DNA from: an uncultured Chloroflexia bacterium
GTDB lineage: Bacteria > Chloroflexota > Limnocylindria > Limnocylindrales > CSP1-4
DNA: 64,000 nucleotides
Direction: 5' to 3'
Assembly (NCBI GenBank): GCA_963746845.1
Contig: CAVVCZ010000001.1
Coordinates: 256,001-320,000 of the forward strand
Notes under the pieces: generated by a model
What the model was told of the DNA's origin: nothing
What the model saw: the letters and a program-made list of their open reading frames with translations, nothing else
Databases searched by the model: none
Program-made: the position numbers and the translations under genes
Shown: positions 31,333 to 42,280 of the stretch, piece after piece
Numbering within the stretch: the stretch's first letter is position 1
How the letters are laid out: every line of letters begins with the position of its first letter

Positions 31333-32082
31333 TCATGGTACGGGCGCTCCGGCGGTGCTCGCAGCCGGGGCGTCAGGGGCGGGGATGCGGACCGCCCACA
31401 TGCGTTCGTAGGCGCCGGCCTGGAGCGCGAAGATGTACTCGCCGGGTGCCCAGAGGTCCGTCCGCACGTGACCGGGAACGACCGGCGGGGCGTACAGGGC
31501 GCCGAGCGGCGGCACGAGCGTCGGGCTTGCGCTGTGGAGGACGAGCGGGCTCGCGATCCGGACCGGCCCGCCGCTGGAATCGTCCGTCGTCACGAACCAC
31601 GCATGGATCTCGACGCCGTCCGGGGGCCGCTCTGGTCCGGCCCACGGCCCGCAGAAGCCGAGGGCCTCGATCTCCGGGCTCATCGGGATGACACCGGTTG
31701 CCGGATCCATTGGGATTGACGTCGCCGTCGCCGGGGTCATCGTCCGCCAGGACCGGAGCGTGCCGCCCGGCCAGCGCTCGCGGCTGAACACCCGCCAGCC
31801 CGGCGGATCTTGGCAGTCGATCCGGATCCCGGCCAGCGGATCGACAGACGGGCGCTCGGTGGGCGGCGGCGTCGCCGGGCGGGGCGTGAACGCCGGACCG
31901 CCGGCCTCGGGCCACGGCTTGACGAACGCGATCGCCACGAAGATGGCGACCGCGACGACGATGACGCCCGGGCCGCGACCCGCACCGCCGATCCGGACCA
32001 TCGCCGAGCCGGACGGAGGCGGGCGCCGCCCATCGGCCCCCTGGGCCTTCGGCTCCTCTTCCCAGCTGGGCTCGTCGCCCAT
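31333..32082 (-). CDS. Hypothetical membrane-anchored Pro-rich protein
   Basis: Single TM segment ending 'VKPW'; two Cys in the extracytoplasmic part. Confidence 0.62.
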   Translation of the reverse strand: MGDEPSWEEEPKAQGADGRRPPPSGSAMVRIGGAGRGPGVIVVAVAIFVAIAFVKPWPEAGGPAFTPRPATPPPTERPSVDPLAGIRIDCQDPPGWRVFSRERWPGGTLRSWRTMTPATATSIPMDPATGVIPMSPEIEALGFCGPWAGPERPPDGVEIHAWFVTTDDSSGGPVRIASPLVLHSASPTLVPPLGALYAPPVVPGHVRTDLWAPGEYIFALQAGAYERMWAVRIPAPDAPAASTAGAPVP

Positions 32083-32109
32083 GGCAGCCCCCGCCGACGA
32101 TCCGCCGGC

Positions 32110-32892
32110 TCAGATCTCCCCGAGGTAGGCCTTCCTGACCGTCTCGTTCTCGCGGAGCGAGGACGCCTCGCCGGACAGGACCACGTTGCCTGTCTGGAGG
32201 ACATAGCCGCGATGGGCGACGTTCAGGGCCTGGAGCGCGTTCTGCTCCACGAGCAGGATCGTCGTCCCCTCGGCGTTGATCTCCCTGATCGTGTCGAACA
32301 CGACCTGGATGAGGATCGGCGCCAGGCCGAGCGACGGCTCGTCGAGGAGGAGCAGGCGCGGCCGCGACATCAACGCCCGGCCGATCGCGAGCATCTGCTG
32401 TTCGCCACCCGAGAGCGTCCCGCCCTGCTGGTGGGTCCGCTCGCGGAGCCGGGGGAAGAGGGTCATCACCCGGTCCACGTCCTCGGCGATCTGGGCCTGC
32501 GGCTGGGTGAACCCGCCCATCTGCAGGTTCTCGAGGACCGTCAGCCGGGAGAAGATCCGGCGCCCCTCGGGGGCGTGGCCGATCCCGGCCTTCACCAGCG
32601 CATGGGCAGCCGTCTTCGAGGTGTCCTTGCCGTCAAACGTCACGGTGCCCTGGCGCGGGTGGAGCAGGCCGCAGACGGTCTTCAGGGTCGTGGTCTTGCC
32701 GGCGCCGTTCGCGCCGATCAGGGTCACGATCTCGCCCCGGTTGACCTCGATCGTCACGCCCTTCAGGGCGTGGATCTGGCCGTAGTAGGTATGGACGTCG
32801 TCGAGCTTCAGGAGCAGCTCGCCGGCCGACGACGCGGGCGCGATCGCACCGGGCGCAGCGGCGGGGCCGGCGGTCGTCTCGGGGGCGGTCAT
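32110..32892 (-). CDS. livF: Branched-chain amino acid ABC transporter ATPase LivF
   Basis: 'GANGAGKTT', 'PEGRRIF', 'LSGGEQQMLAIGRALM', 'LDEPSLGLAP', 'VEQN'. Confidence 0.94.
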   Translation of the reverse strand: MTAPETTAGPAAAPGAIAPASSAGELLLKLDDVHTYYGQIHALKGVTIEVNRGEIVTLIGANGAGKTTTLKTVCGLLHPRQGTVTFDGKDTSKTAAHALVKAGIGHAPEGRRIFSRLTVLENLQMGGFTQPQAQIAEDVDRVMTLFPRLRERTHQQGGTLSGGEQQMLAIGRALMSRPRLLLLDEPSLGLAPILIQVVFDTIREINAEGTTILLVEQNALQALNVAHRGYVLQTGNVVLSGEASSLRENETVRKAYLGEI

Positions 32893-33934
32893 TGCGCCGG
32901 GGCCCCAAGGTAGGCCTCGATGACCCGGGGGTCCTTGCGGACCTCCTCCGGCGATCCCTCGGCGATCCGCTCGCCGTGATCGAGGACGGTGACGCGGTCG
33001 CTGATGCCCATGACCACCTTCATGTCGTGCTCGATCAGGAGGACCGTGAGGCCGAGATCCGTCCGCAGCTTGTTGATCAGGGCCATCATGTCCGACGTCT
33101 CGCGCGGGTTCATCCCGGCGGTCGGCTCGTCGAGCAGGAGCAGCGTCGGGTCGCTGCCGAGGGCGCGGGCCACCTCGAGGCGACGCTGGTCGCCGTACGG
33201 CAGGTTCTTCGCCAGCTCGCCGCCGATGCCGCGGAGGCCGACCAGCCGGAGGAGCTCGTCGGCCCGCTCGCGCGCCTTCTTCTCGTCGGCACGGTTCTTC
33301 GGCGTCGAGAACATCGCGTCGAACAGACCCGCCTTCAGCTTGATGTGCATCCCGACGAGGACGTTCTCTTCGGCCGTCATGTTCTGGAAGAGCCGGATGT
33401 TCTGGAACGTCCGACCGATCCCGGCCGACACCATGTCATTGGGCCGGGCGCTCCGGAAGATCCCGAGACGGCTCAGCAGGCGGCGGTACCACGGCGGACG
33501 AACGATCGCCGATAGCAGCATCAGGACGAGGGCGGCCAGAGTCAGCGCGCCGCCGATGAAGGCAACGGTCTCGTCGTTGACGCCGAAGACGACGATGCCG
33601 GAGAGGATGCCGACGATCAACGCGGGCACGACCCACACGAACGGCTCGAGCCAGGCACGGACCGGCCGGGCGATCATCGTCCGGTCCCGGACGAGGATTT
33701 GCCCCGACGTCGGGTCGTAGATCCCGGCAATGATGTTGAAGAACGTCGTCTTGCCGGCACCGTTCGGCCCGATCAGGCTGACGATCGAGCCCTCGGGGAT
33801 GTCGAAGCTCACGTCGTTGACCGCGATCAGGCCGCCGAACCGCTTCGTGATCCTGCGCGCGGACAGGAGCTGCGTTCGGCCAGCGGGCACCGGCTGATTG
33901 ATCGGGCCTGCGCCGGCAGCCGGCACGTTGGCGG

Positions 33935-33938
<4 letters not shown>
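32889..33938 (-). CDS. livG: Branched-chain amino acid ABC transporter ATPase LivG with hydrophobic insertion
   Basis: 'FGGLIAV', 'GPNGAGKTT', 'RTFQNIRLF', 'LPYGDQRRLE', 'LDEPTAG', 'IEHDM'; about 70-aa hydrophobic insert before the Q-loop. Confidence 0.9.
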
Positions 33939-35085
<1,147 letters not shown>

Positions 35086-35089
<4 letters not shown>

Positions 35090-36207
35090 GCCCGTTCTCC
35101 GATCTGCTGGCCGAGGATCCCGGCCGGACGGAAGACGAGCACGAGGATCAGGACGACGAACACGATCGCCTGGGACCAGCGAGCCTGGCCGACCGCCTGG
35201 GTGAACACCTCGATGAAGGCGATCAGGAAGCCGCCGATGGCAGCGCCGGTCAGGTTGCCGATCCCGCCGAGCACCGCGGCGGTGAACGCCTTGAGGCCGG
35301 CGTTGAAGCCGAGGTCGAACCGGACGAAGCCGAAGTACTGGCCCTGGAAGACCCCAGCTGCCCCGGCGAGCGCGCCGCCGATGAGGAACGTCATCGCGAT
35401 CGTCTGGTTCAGGTCGACGCCCATGAGCTGGGCGGCCTGCTGATCCTGCGCGGTCGCGCGCATCGCCCGACCGAGGCGGGTCCGGCTGATGAACGCCTGG
35501 AGCCCGACCATCAGGGCGATCGCGACGACGAAGATCACGAGGCTGATGACGCGAATCTGGGCTCCGAGGATCGCGATGTGCTCGTTCGGGACGACCTGGG
35601 GGACCTTCCGATCGCCGGTCCCGACGATGATCTGCATGAGGTTCTGGAGGATCAGCGACACGCCGATCGCGGTGATCAGCGGGGCGACGCGCGGGGCGTG
35701 GCGCAGCGGCCGGTAGGCGAACCGCTCGATCGTGACGTTGATCCCGCCCATGAGCGTCATGCCGACGAGCAGCGCCGCGGCGAGGACCGCGATCAGGACG
35801 AGGGGCTGCGTGATCGGCGCGTCCGGCAGATGGAGCCCGAGGAAGTCGAGCGGCGCCGGGAAGCTCGTCAGGAAGAAGAGGGAGACGAACGTCCCGACCA
35901 TGAACACGTCGCCATGGGCGAAGTTGATCAGCTCGATGATGCCGTAGACCATCGTGTAGCCGAGGGCGACGAGGGCGTAGATCGCGCCGAGGACGAGCGC
36001 GTTGCCCACCTGTTGGGCGCTCGTCGCGACGGCCCTCGGAAAGGCGTCGGCGACCTCAGCCGGGTCGGTAGAGCCCAGGTTCGTCAGGTACTGGATGACC
36101 AGGAGGATGCTGAAGTAGACGAGGATCCCGATGATGCTCGACAGGACGAGCTTGGCCCCGAACGGGATCCGGCGTTGCGAGACGGGCGAGGACGCAACTG
36201 CGGTCAC
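35086..36207 (-). CDS. livH: Branched-chain amino acid ABC permease LivH
   Basis: 'GAIYALVALGYTMVYGIIELINFAHG', 'KAFTAAVLGGIG'. Confidence 0.93.
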
Positions 36208-36249
36208 GGTCAGCGTCTCCGATCAACGTGACAGGAGGAGAAGAGACGG

Positions 36250-36280
36250 CGAGGCCGGGGATCGTGGATCCCCGGCCTCG
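36250..36280 (-). terminator. Hairpin after the binding-protein gene (partial terminator or mRNA stabiliser)
   Basis: CGAGGCCGGGGATC-GTG-GATCCCCGGCCTCG, a 14-bp perfect stem followed on - by a pyrimidine-rich tract. Confidence 0.65.
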
Positions 36281-36293
36281 TGGGTGGCCGGTG

Positions 36294-37538
36294 TTACTTG
36301 GCGAAGTCGAGCTGCTCCTTGAACGTCCAATCCTTCTTGGCGGGGTCATAAGCGTAGAAGCTGATGATCTTCTGGCTCGTGTCGCCGTTGGCGTCGAACT
36401 TGAACTGGCCGATCACCGACGTGTAGGTGATCGAGGGGTCGACGACCGCGGCGCGGAGCTTCTCGCGAAGATCCTTGACGTCGGTCGCAGTGGGGCCGGC
36501 CCGCTTCAGGGCATCGAGGACGACCTGGGCGCAGGCGTAGCCGGTGGCGGAGTAGCCGGTCGGATCCGTGCCGTACTCCTTCTTGAACTTGTCGGCGAAC
36601 TCCTGGCGGCCGGGGAAATCGCCGACGGCGGCGGCCGTCGCGTACGACTTCTTGGCGTCGTCGCCGGTGAGGTTCAGGAACGAGTCCTTGGTGGCCGCCG
36701 AGCCGTCATAGATGCCGTCCGGGCCGACAAACGGAATGTCGAGCCCGGCCTGCACGGCCTGCTTGAGGAGCCGCGCGCCGCCGTCGGCGGTGACGCCGCC
36801 GAAGTAGATCGAGCCCGGGTTCTTGGCCTTGGCCGCGGTCAGCAGCGCGGTGTAGTCGGTGGTCGTCTTCGGTGCACCGTCACGGGCGACGACGGTGCCG
36901 CCGTTCGCCTCGAAGTACTTCTGGAAGTTGTCGGCGATGCCCTTCCCGAAGGTGTCGGTGCTGTCGACGATGTAGACCGTCTTGATGTTCAGCTTCTCGA
37001 GGATGTAGCGGGCGGCCGCGGGGCCCTGGTTGTCGTCGGTCGTGACGACGCGGACGTAGTTGATCTTGGTGGGGTTGGTCTTGCGGATGTCCAGCGCGCC
37101 GAACTCGGGCTTCGTGAGGCCTTCGTTCGTGTTCGCGGGCGAGCATTGCGCCAGACCGGCCGCGTTCGAGAGCGGGATCTGGACCTTGGCGACGCTCGAG
37201 TTGAGCGGGCCGACGACCGCGACGACGTTCGGGTTCGCGACGAGCGCCGTCATGTTCTGGGCGCCGGTCTGCGGGTCATGCACGCCGTCCTTGGCGTCGT
37301 CGAGCACGACCGAGTTCGGGATGTCGATCTTCCAGCCGCCGACTTCGCCGCCCGCATCCTTCACGGCAAGCTTGATGCCGTTGATGATCGGCTGCGATGC
37401 GGCGAGCTCGCTGCCCTGCTGCGGAAGCTCGATCGCGAGATTGATCGTGCCCTTGCCGCCGGAGCTCCCGCCCTGGCTGCAACCGGCGAGCACGAGCACG
37501 CCGACGGCGCCGAACGCGCCGACTTTGCCGAGTTTCAT
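36294..37538 (-). CDS. Branched-chain amino acid ABC substrate-binding lipoprotein (LivJ/LivK family)
   Basis: Lipobox LAGC; 'VVGPLNSSVA', 'SPANTN', 'DDNQG', 'FDANGD'; GAGGAG RBS. Confidence 0.92.
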   Translation of the reverse strand: MKLGKVGAFGAVGVLVLAGCSQGGSSGGKGTINLAIELPQQGSELAASQPIINGIKLAVKDAGGEVGGWKIDIPNSVVLDDAKDGVHDPQTGAQNMTALVANPNVVAVVGPLNSSVAKVQIPLSNAAGLAQCSPANTNEGLTKPEFGALDIRKTNPTKINYVRVVTTDDNQGPAAARYILEKLNIKTVYIVDSTDTFGKGIADNFQKYFEANGGTVVARDGAPKTTTDYTALLTAAKAKNPGSIYFGGVTADGGARLLKQAVQAGLDIPFVGPDGIYDGSAATKDSFLNLTGDDAKKSYATAAAVGDFPGRQEFADKFKKEYGTDPTGYSATGYACAQVVLDALKRAGPTATDVKDLREKLRAAVVDPSITYTSVIGQFKFDANGDTSQKIISFYAYDPAKKDWTFKEQLDFAK

Positions 37539-37775
37539 TCAGTCTCCTCCTCGAACGCTCGTCGCCCGGAATGGCCCCGGACGACTCCGGTCGGCGCTCC
37601 CTCCGACTCCGACACGACCACGCCCCGCGGGTGCACCCGGGGCCCGATGCGTCGCCTCCGAACAGCCTCAGCGGTTGCCGAGTGGTCCGGATCCTGGCGA
37701 GCGGCGGTGCGTGACGGATGACGTCGCGGAGCGCTGGTTCGGCCGGCGCGCAGGTTGCCGCCGAAGCGATGCCGT

Positions 37776-37803
37776 ATCATAGACATTGGCGGACCGAATG
37801 CAA
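37776..37803 (-). promoter_or_regulatory. Putative sigma70 promoter of the liv operon
   Basis: TTGCAT-N16-TATGAT on - in a locally AT-rich patch. Confidence 0.55.
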
Positions 37804-37955
37804 CACCGGTCGGCGCGACCCGGGCGTGGCTGTCGAGCTCATGGCTCGCCACCCCGCGAGGTGCCACCGATCGCCGTGTCAACGGTCGGCCTCCCGATCG
37901 GCGCAGGCATCACCAGGATCGCCTCCGCCGTCCAGCACGAGGTGCCTCCGCCCGC

Positions 37956-38426
37956 GTGGAATACCTGATCCGGCCCGCTCGCATCACGGACATCGAACGG
38001 CTCGTCGCCCTCGGCGGCGGTCCCGCGCGAACGTCCGCCGGTGCCGGCGCGATGGACTCTGGGGACCTGCTCCGGCAGCTGGTCTATCTCCCGCAGGCGA
38101 GCATCTTCATCGCCGAGGCACACCGTGAGGTCGTCGGAGGTGCGGTCCTCGCGCTCCGTCCGTCCGTCGCCGCCGGTGGGTTCGTCGGTGCCGTCGATTT
38201 CATCGTGGTCGATCCCGAGCACGATGCGGATCGCGTGACCGACGCGCTCCTGGAGGAGGTTCTGCGCTCGGCACGCAACAAGGGCTGCAGCGTCGTGGAG
38301 GCGGCTCTTCCCGACGACCCGGCGGAGCGGACCCGCCTGGAACGTCACGGGTTCATCGAATCGAGTCCGCGCGCGGAGTGTCGGGTGGCCGCAGTCGGAA
38401 CGGCCAGATCGCGCAGCAACAACTGA
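37956..38426 (+). CDS. GNAT-family N-acetyltransferase (degenerate AcCoA motif)
   Basis: 'IRPARITD', 'IFIAE', 'VDFIVVDPEH', 'LERHGF'. Confidence 0.72.
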   Translation: MEYLIRPARITDIERLVALGGGPARTSAGAGAMDSGDLLRQLVYLPQASIFIAEAHREVVGGAVLALRPSVAAGGFVGAVDFIVVDPEHDADRVTDALLEEVLRSARNKGCSVVEAALPDDPAERTRLERHGFIESSPRAECRVAAVGTARSRSNN

Positions 38427-38498
38427 TCAACAGCATCTGATCCGCGACGCCAGGCAGCGCATTCGCGCCGGGGTCGCTCGACCAGTCAAGGAGTCAAG

Positions 38499-40454
38499 GT
38501 GGGCAAGAACGTCGCCGTCTTCGTGGACGTGGCGAACATCTTCTACGCGGCAAAGGCCGCAGGCACGGACATCGACTACGTCACGCTCCTCCAGGCGGCA
38601 ACCGCCGGGCGCGACTTCGTCCGGGCATACGCATACACCGGGCTGGACCCGGACAACGAGAACCAGCGGAACTTCCACGCGTTCCTCGCGCGGAACCACT
38701 ACAAGGTCGTCAGCAAGGACATCCGCAAGTACGGCGACGGCAAGGTCAAGGCGAACCTCGACATCGAGCTCGTCGTCGACCTGATGAAGACCGCGCGCAA
38801 TCTGGACATCGCGATCGTCGTGTCGGGCGACGGGGACTTCGCCCCGGCAATCCGGGCGGTCCAGGAGATGGGCGTCCGCGTCGAGGTCATCAGCTTCCGC
38901 GGCAACACGTCCAGCGACCTCATCGACGTCGCGGACCTGTTCACGGACATCACCCAGCTCGCGCGCGTCGACAAGTCGTCCTCTCGGTCGGGCCGGCGGG
39001 TCGCAAGTGACGACGAGGACCTGTCGATGACCGAGGTCCCAGACAAGCAGACCGAGGGAACCGGAGCCCGTGGCCGGGGACGCGGACGCGGCCGGGGCAG
39101 GCCCGGCGAGGCCGAGCCGGCAGCGGCCAGCGGCCGGCGTGGCGGCAGAACGTCGTCCGCCCGAGCCGGAGCCGGAACCGGGGCCGCAGCGGCGGTCGCC
39201 GCCTCGGCCAACGGCGGCGGATCGCTGACCGTGCTGCCGGGCGAGAAGCTGTCCCGAGTCGCATCCATCGAGTCAACCGAGATCGACGTCGAGGACGTCG
39301 ACGAGGAGCTGCTCGAGACCGCCGAGGGCGGCGAGGGACTGACCGAGGACGGCGACGCACGCCGGCGGCGCCGTCGGCGCGGTGGTCGTGGACGCGGTCG
39401 CGGTCGCGGTCGCGACGAGACGATCGAGCCCGCGGCGGGCTCCGCGCCGGGTGGCCCGGCGAACGATGAAGACGACTTCGAGGAGGAGGAATCCGAGGAG
39501 GTCGCCGCGGCCGCGCCGCGCGGCCCGAAGACGACGCCATTCGGCTCGTTCTGGGACTCGCAGCTCGGCGTGCCGAGCGCCTCGACCGCACCGGTCGGGC
39601 CCACGGGGCCGGTCGGCGACGACGAGGACTTCGACGAGCCGGAGATCCCCGAATACCTGATCGCCGAACAGCGGCGCGGCCAGCAGCAGGGCGGTCGCAG
39701 CGGCGGAGGTCGCGGTGGCGCCCGCGGCGGACGCGCCGCCTATACGGCCGCGATCGAGCGGGAACGGTACGGCCGCGGCAGCGGCAGCGGCGGGATCAAC
39801 CGCTATCCGGATGTCAGCGGACGGGATCGTCAGGGCCAGGGCAGCGGCAGCGGTGGTGGTGGCGGAGGCGGTCGCGGGCAGGGCGGCGGTCGCGGCCAGG
39901 GCGGCAGTCGAGACGGCGGCTATGTCCGTCGCGACAGGCCCGAGGGCCAGAATCGCGTTGAGCGGCCGGCTCGAACCGGCGGCGACCCGTGGAGCGAGGT
40001 GCCGCCGGAGCTCGAGGAGATGCTGCGTGCGCAGCTCGCCCAGTCCTCGAAGGGCCGCCCGGCGGCCCCGGCCGGCGGAACAAGTGGATCCCGCGCGGGC
40101 GGACCGGCCTCCGGCGCAACCGAGGCATCGGTGGCCGAGGCGGACGTCGCCGCGGCTCCCAAGGCTCGGACGACCCGGCGCACGACCGCGAAGGCCGCGC
40201 CGGACGCATCGGCGGGCGCGGACGCCGCCCCGGCGCCGAAGCGCAGGGCGACGACGCGGAAGCCCGCGGCCGCCGCCGGCGCCCCGGACACAGCCGAGAC
40301 GTCGGACGCGTCGGAGGCCGCGCCGAAGCGCAAGACGACGACCCGCAAGACGTCCACGGGGAAGGCGACGGCGTCTGCCGCCGGCGACGACTCGGCGTCG
40401 GCCCCGGCGCCGAAGCGCAAGCCGGCGACCCGGAAGAAGGCCGAGCCCGCCTGA
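38499..40454 (+). CDS. NYN (LabA/DUF88, PIN-like) ribonuclease domain with long disordered C-terminal tail
   Basis: 'VFVDVANI', 'KANLDIELVVD', 'VSGDGDFAP', 'GVRVEV', 'ADLFTDI'; then about 490 aa of R/G-, acidic- and A/K/P-rich sequence; AAGGAG RBS. Confidence 0.9.
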   Translation: MGKNVAVFVDVANIFYAAKAAGTDIDYVTLLQAATAGRDFVRAYAYTGLDPDNENQRNFHAFLARNHYKVVSKDIRKYGDGKVKANLDIELVVDLMKTARNLDIAIVVSGDGDFAPAIRAVQEMGVRVEVISFRGNTSSDLIDVADLFTDITQLARVDKSSSRSGRRVASDDEDLSMTEVPDKQTEGTGARGRGRGRGRGRPGEAEPAAASGRRGGRTSSARAGAGTGAAAAVAASANGGGSLTVLPGEKLSRVASIESTEIDVEDVDEELLETAEGGEGLTEDGDARRRRRRRGGRGRGRGRGRDETIEPAAGSAPGGPANDEDDFEEEESEEVAAAAPRGPKTTPFGSFWDSQLGVPSASTAPVGPTGPVGDDEDFDEPEIPEYLIAEQRRGQQQGGRSGGGRGGARGGRAAYTAAIERERYGRGSGSGGINRYPDVSGRDRQGQGSGSGGGGGGGRGQGGGRGQGGSRDGGYVRRDRPEGQNRVERPARTGGDPWSEVPPELEEMLRAQLAQSSKGRPAAPAGGTSGSRAGGPASGATEASVAEADVAAAPKARTTRRTTAKAAPDASAGADAAPAPKRRATTRKPAAAAGAPDTAETSDASEAAPKRKTTTRKTSTGKATASAAGDDSASAPAPKRKPATRKKAEPA

Positions 40455-40486
40455 TCGGGACCGGCGATCGGCCGGAAGGCGACGCG

Positions 40487-41839
40487 ATGATCGCGGAGGC
40501 CCCCGCGAGCGGCGGGCGGATGCGGACGCGCGGGCACGACGCGGCGATCCGCGCCGTCCGGGCGATGATCACCGGTCGTCCCCCGCACGCGCTGCTGATC
40601 GGGGGGCCGTCCGGCGTCGGCAAGACCACGCTCGCCCTGGACCTCGCGGCGGGGCTCCTGTGCGATGACCCGGATCCGGGCAACCGGCCGTGCCGGGCAT
40701 GCCGAGGCTGTCGGCTCGTCGAGCGCGGCCGCCATCTGGATGTCCACCGGCTGGCGCCGGTCGGTCCCGGCGACCAGATCCGGATCGGGGATCGCGATCG
40801 GCCGGACGACGGGACCATCCGCCGCCTGATCCTCGACCTCGCGTTCCTTCCGGTCGAGGGTGGCGCACGGGTCGCGATCATCGAGCGGGCGGACCGGATG
40901 GGCGACGATGCCCAGACTGCGCTCCTCAAGACGCTCGAGGAGCCGCCCGCCGGGGTCACGATCGTGCTGTGCGCCGACGACGAGGATCGGCTGATGCCGA
41001 CGGTGCGCTCGCGCTGCGCCAGGATCCGGCTCGGGCCCGTCGCCGTGCGAGACGTGGAGGCGATCCTCGCCGAGGCGGGGCTCGCCGACCCGCCGCTGGC
41101 CGCCCGGCTCGCTCGGCTGTCGGGCGGCCGGCCGGGGCTGGCCCAGCTGCTGGCCCGCTCTCCGGACGCGGTCGCGGCCCGCGACGAGATCGCCCGGACG
41201 CTCCTCCACCTCCTCGGTACGGGCCACGCCGCGCGGCTGGCGGCCGCCCGGGACCTGCTGGACCTCGCGATCCGGATGGATCGCGTCCTCGAACGGTCGC
41301 TTGCCGAGATCACCGAGGCCGCGGACGACGCCGCATCCGGGGGAGCGCGCGGGCGCCGCGCCGTGGGACGCGGCCGCGGGGCGGCGGCCACGGGCGCCGG
41401 ACGGGCACCCGAGGCGCGGGCCGGCATCGACGCGAGCGCGACCCAGCCGGACGCCGCCGCGGCGACGGACGGCGAGGGCGACGGCGAGGAGGAGGAAGAG
41501 GAAGAGGACGTGGAGGCCAACCGGAAGTCCTCCGCGACGGCCCCCCAGCGTCGACGGGCGGCCGGGTCCGTGGTCGGCCTGTGGCGCGAGCTCGCCCGCG
41601 ACCTGCTCGTGGTTCGTCTCGGCGTGGACCGCGAGGTGCGGGATCCGGCGCTCCTGGACGACCTCCGTGCGGCGGCCACCACGCTCGGTCCGGACGGAAC
41701 GTCGGCCGATGACCCCGTGAACGCCGGCCTGTCGGCGTTCCTGGCCCGGCTCGACGCGGCCGGCGAGCTCGTGGAGGCGAACGTGCGGCCGGAGATCGTC
41801 CTCGACACGCTCCTCCTCGCGTGGCCCGCCGTCCGATGA
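40487..41839 (+). CDS. holB: DNA polymerase III subunit delta'
   Basis: 'PHALLIGGPSGVGKTT', Zn module 'LLC...PCRACRGC...HLD', 'ALLKTLEEPP', 'PTVRSRC'. Confidence 0.9.
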   Translation: MIAEAPASGGRMRTRGHDAAIRAVRAMITGRPPHALLIGGPSGVGKTTLALDLAAGLLCDDPDPGNRPCRACRGCRLVERGRHLDVHRLAPVGPGDQIRIGDRDRPDDGTIRRLILDLAFLPVEGGARVAIIERADRMGDDAQTALLKTLEEPPAGVTIVLCADDEDRLMPTVRSRCARIRLGPVAVRDVEAILAEAGLADPPLAARLARLSGGRPGLAQLLARSPDAVAARDEIARTLLHLLGTGHAARLAAARDLLDLAIRMDRVLERSLAEITEAADDAASGGARGRRAVGRGRGAAATGAGRAPEARAGIDASATQPDAAAATDGEGDGEEEEEEEDVEANRKSSATAPQRRRAAGSVVGLWRELARDLLVVRLGVDREVRDPALLDDLRAAATTLGPDGTSADDPVNAGLSAFLARLDAAGELVEANVRPEIVLDTLLLAWPAVR

Positions 41840-42150
41840 GCGAATCGACACGCGCGACGACGTCCCGCCTCGAGGCGATCGTGCGCGGCCGCGTCCAGGG
41901 AGTGGGCTTCCGCTACTGGGTGGTCCGCCGGGCGACGGACCTCGGCCTGACCGGCTGGGTCGCCAACGAGCCGGATGGCAGCGTGCGGTGCGTGGCCGAG
42001 GGCTCGTCGGCGGATCTCGACCGGCTTGAAGGGCTGCTCGGCACGGGGCCGCTCGGCTCGGTGGTCGAGGACGTCCGGATCGTCCGCCTGCCGGGAACCG
42101 GCGCCTTTCGCGGGTTCGAGGTCCGATCCGGCGGCCATCGTGGCGACTGA
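41836..42150 (+). CDS. acyP: Acylphosphatase
   Basis: 'VRGRVQGVGFR', 'GLTGWVANEPDGSV'. Confidence 0.93.
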   Translation: MSESTRATTSRLEAIVRGRVQGVGFRYWVVRRATDLGLTGWVANEPDGSVRCVAEGSSADLDRLEGLLGTGPLGSVVEDVRIVRLPGTGAFRGFEVRSGGHRGD

Positions 42151-42280
42151 TCTCGGCCGGGCGTCCGCCCCGGGCGGTGCCCCGCTGCACCACCTTCGCC
42201 TCGGACCCGGACGTTCAGCACCGGCCGGCAGGACGATCTCCGGTATCGGTCCAACCCCACCCGGGCGATCCTTCAACGTG

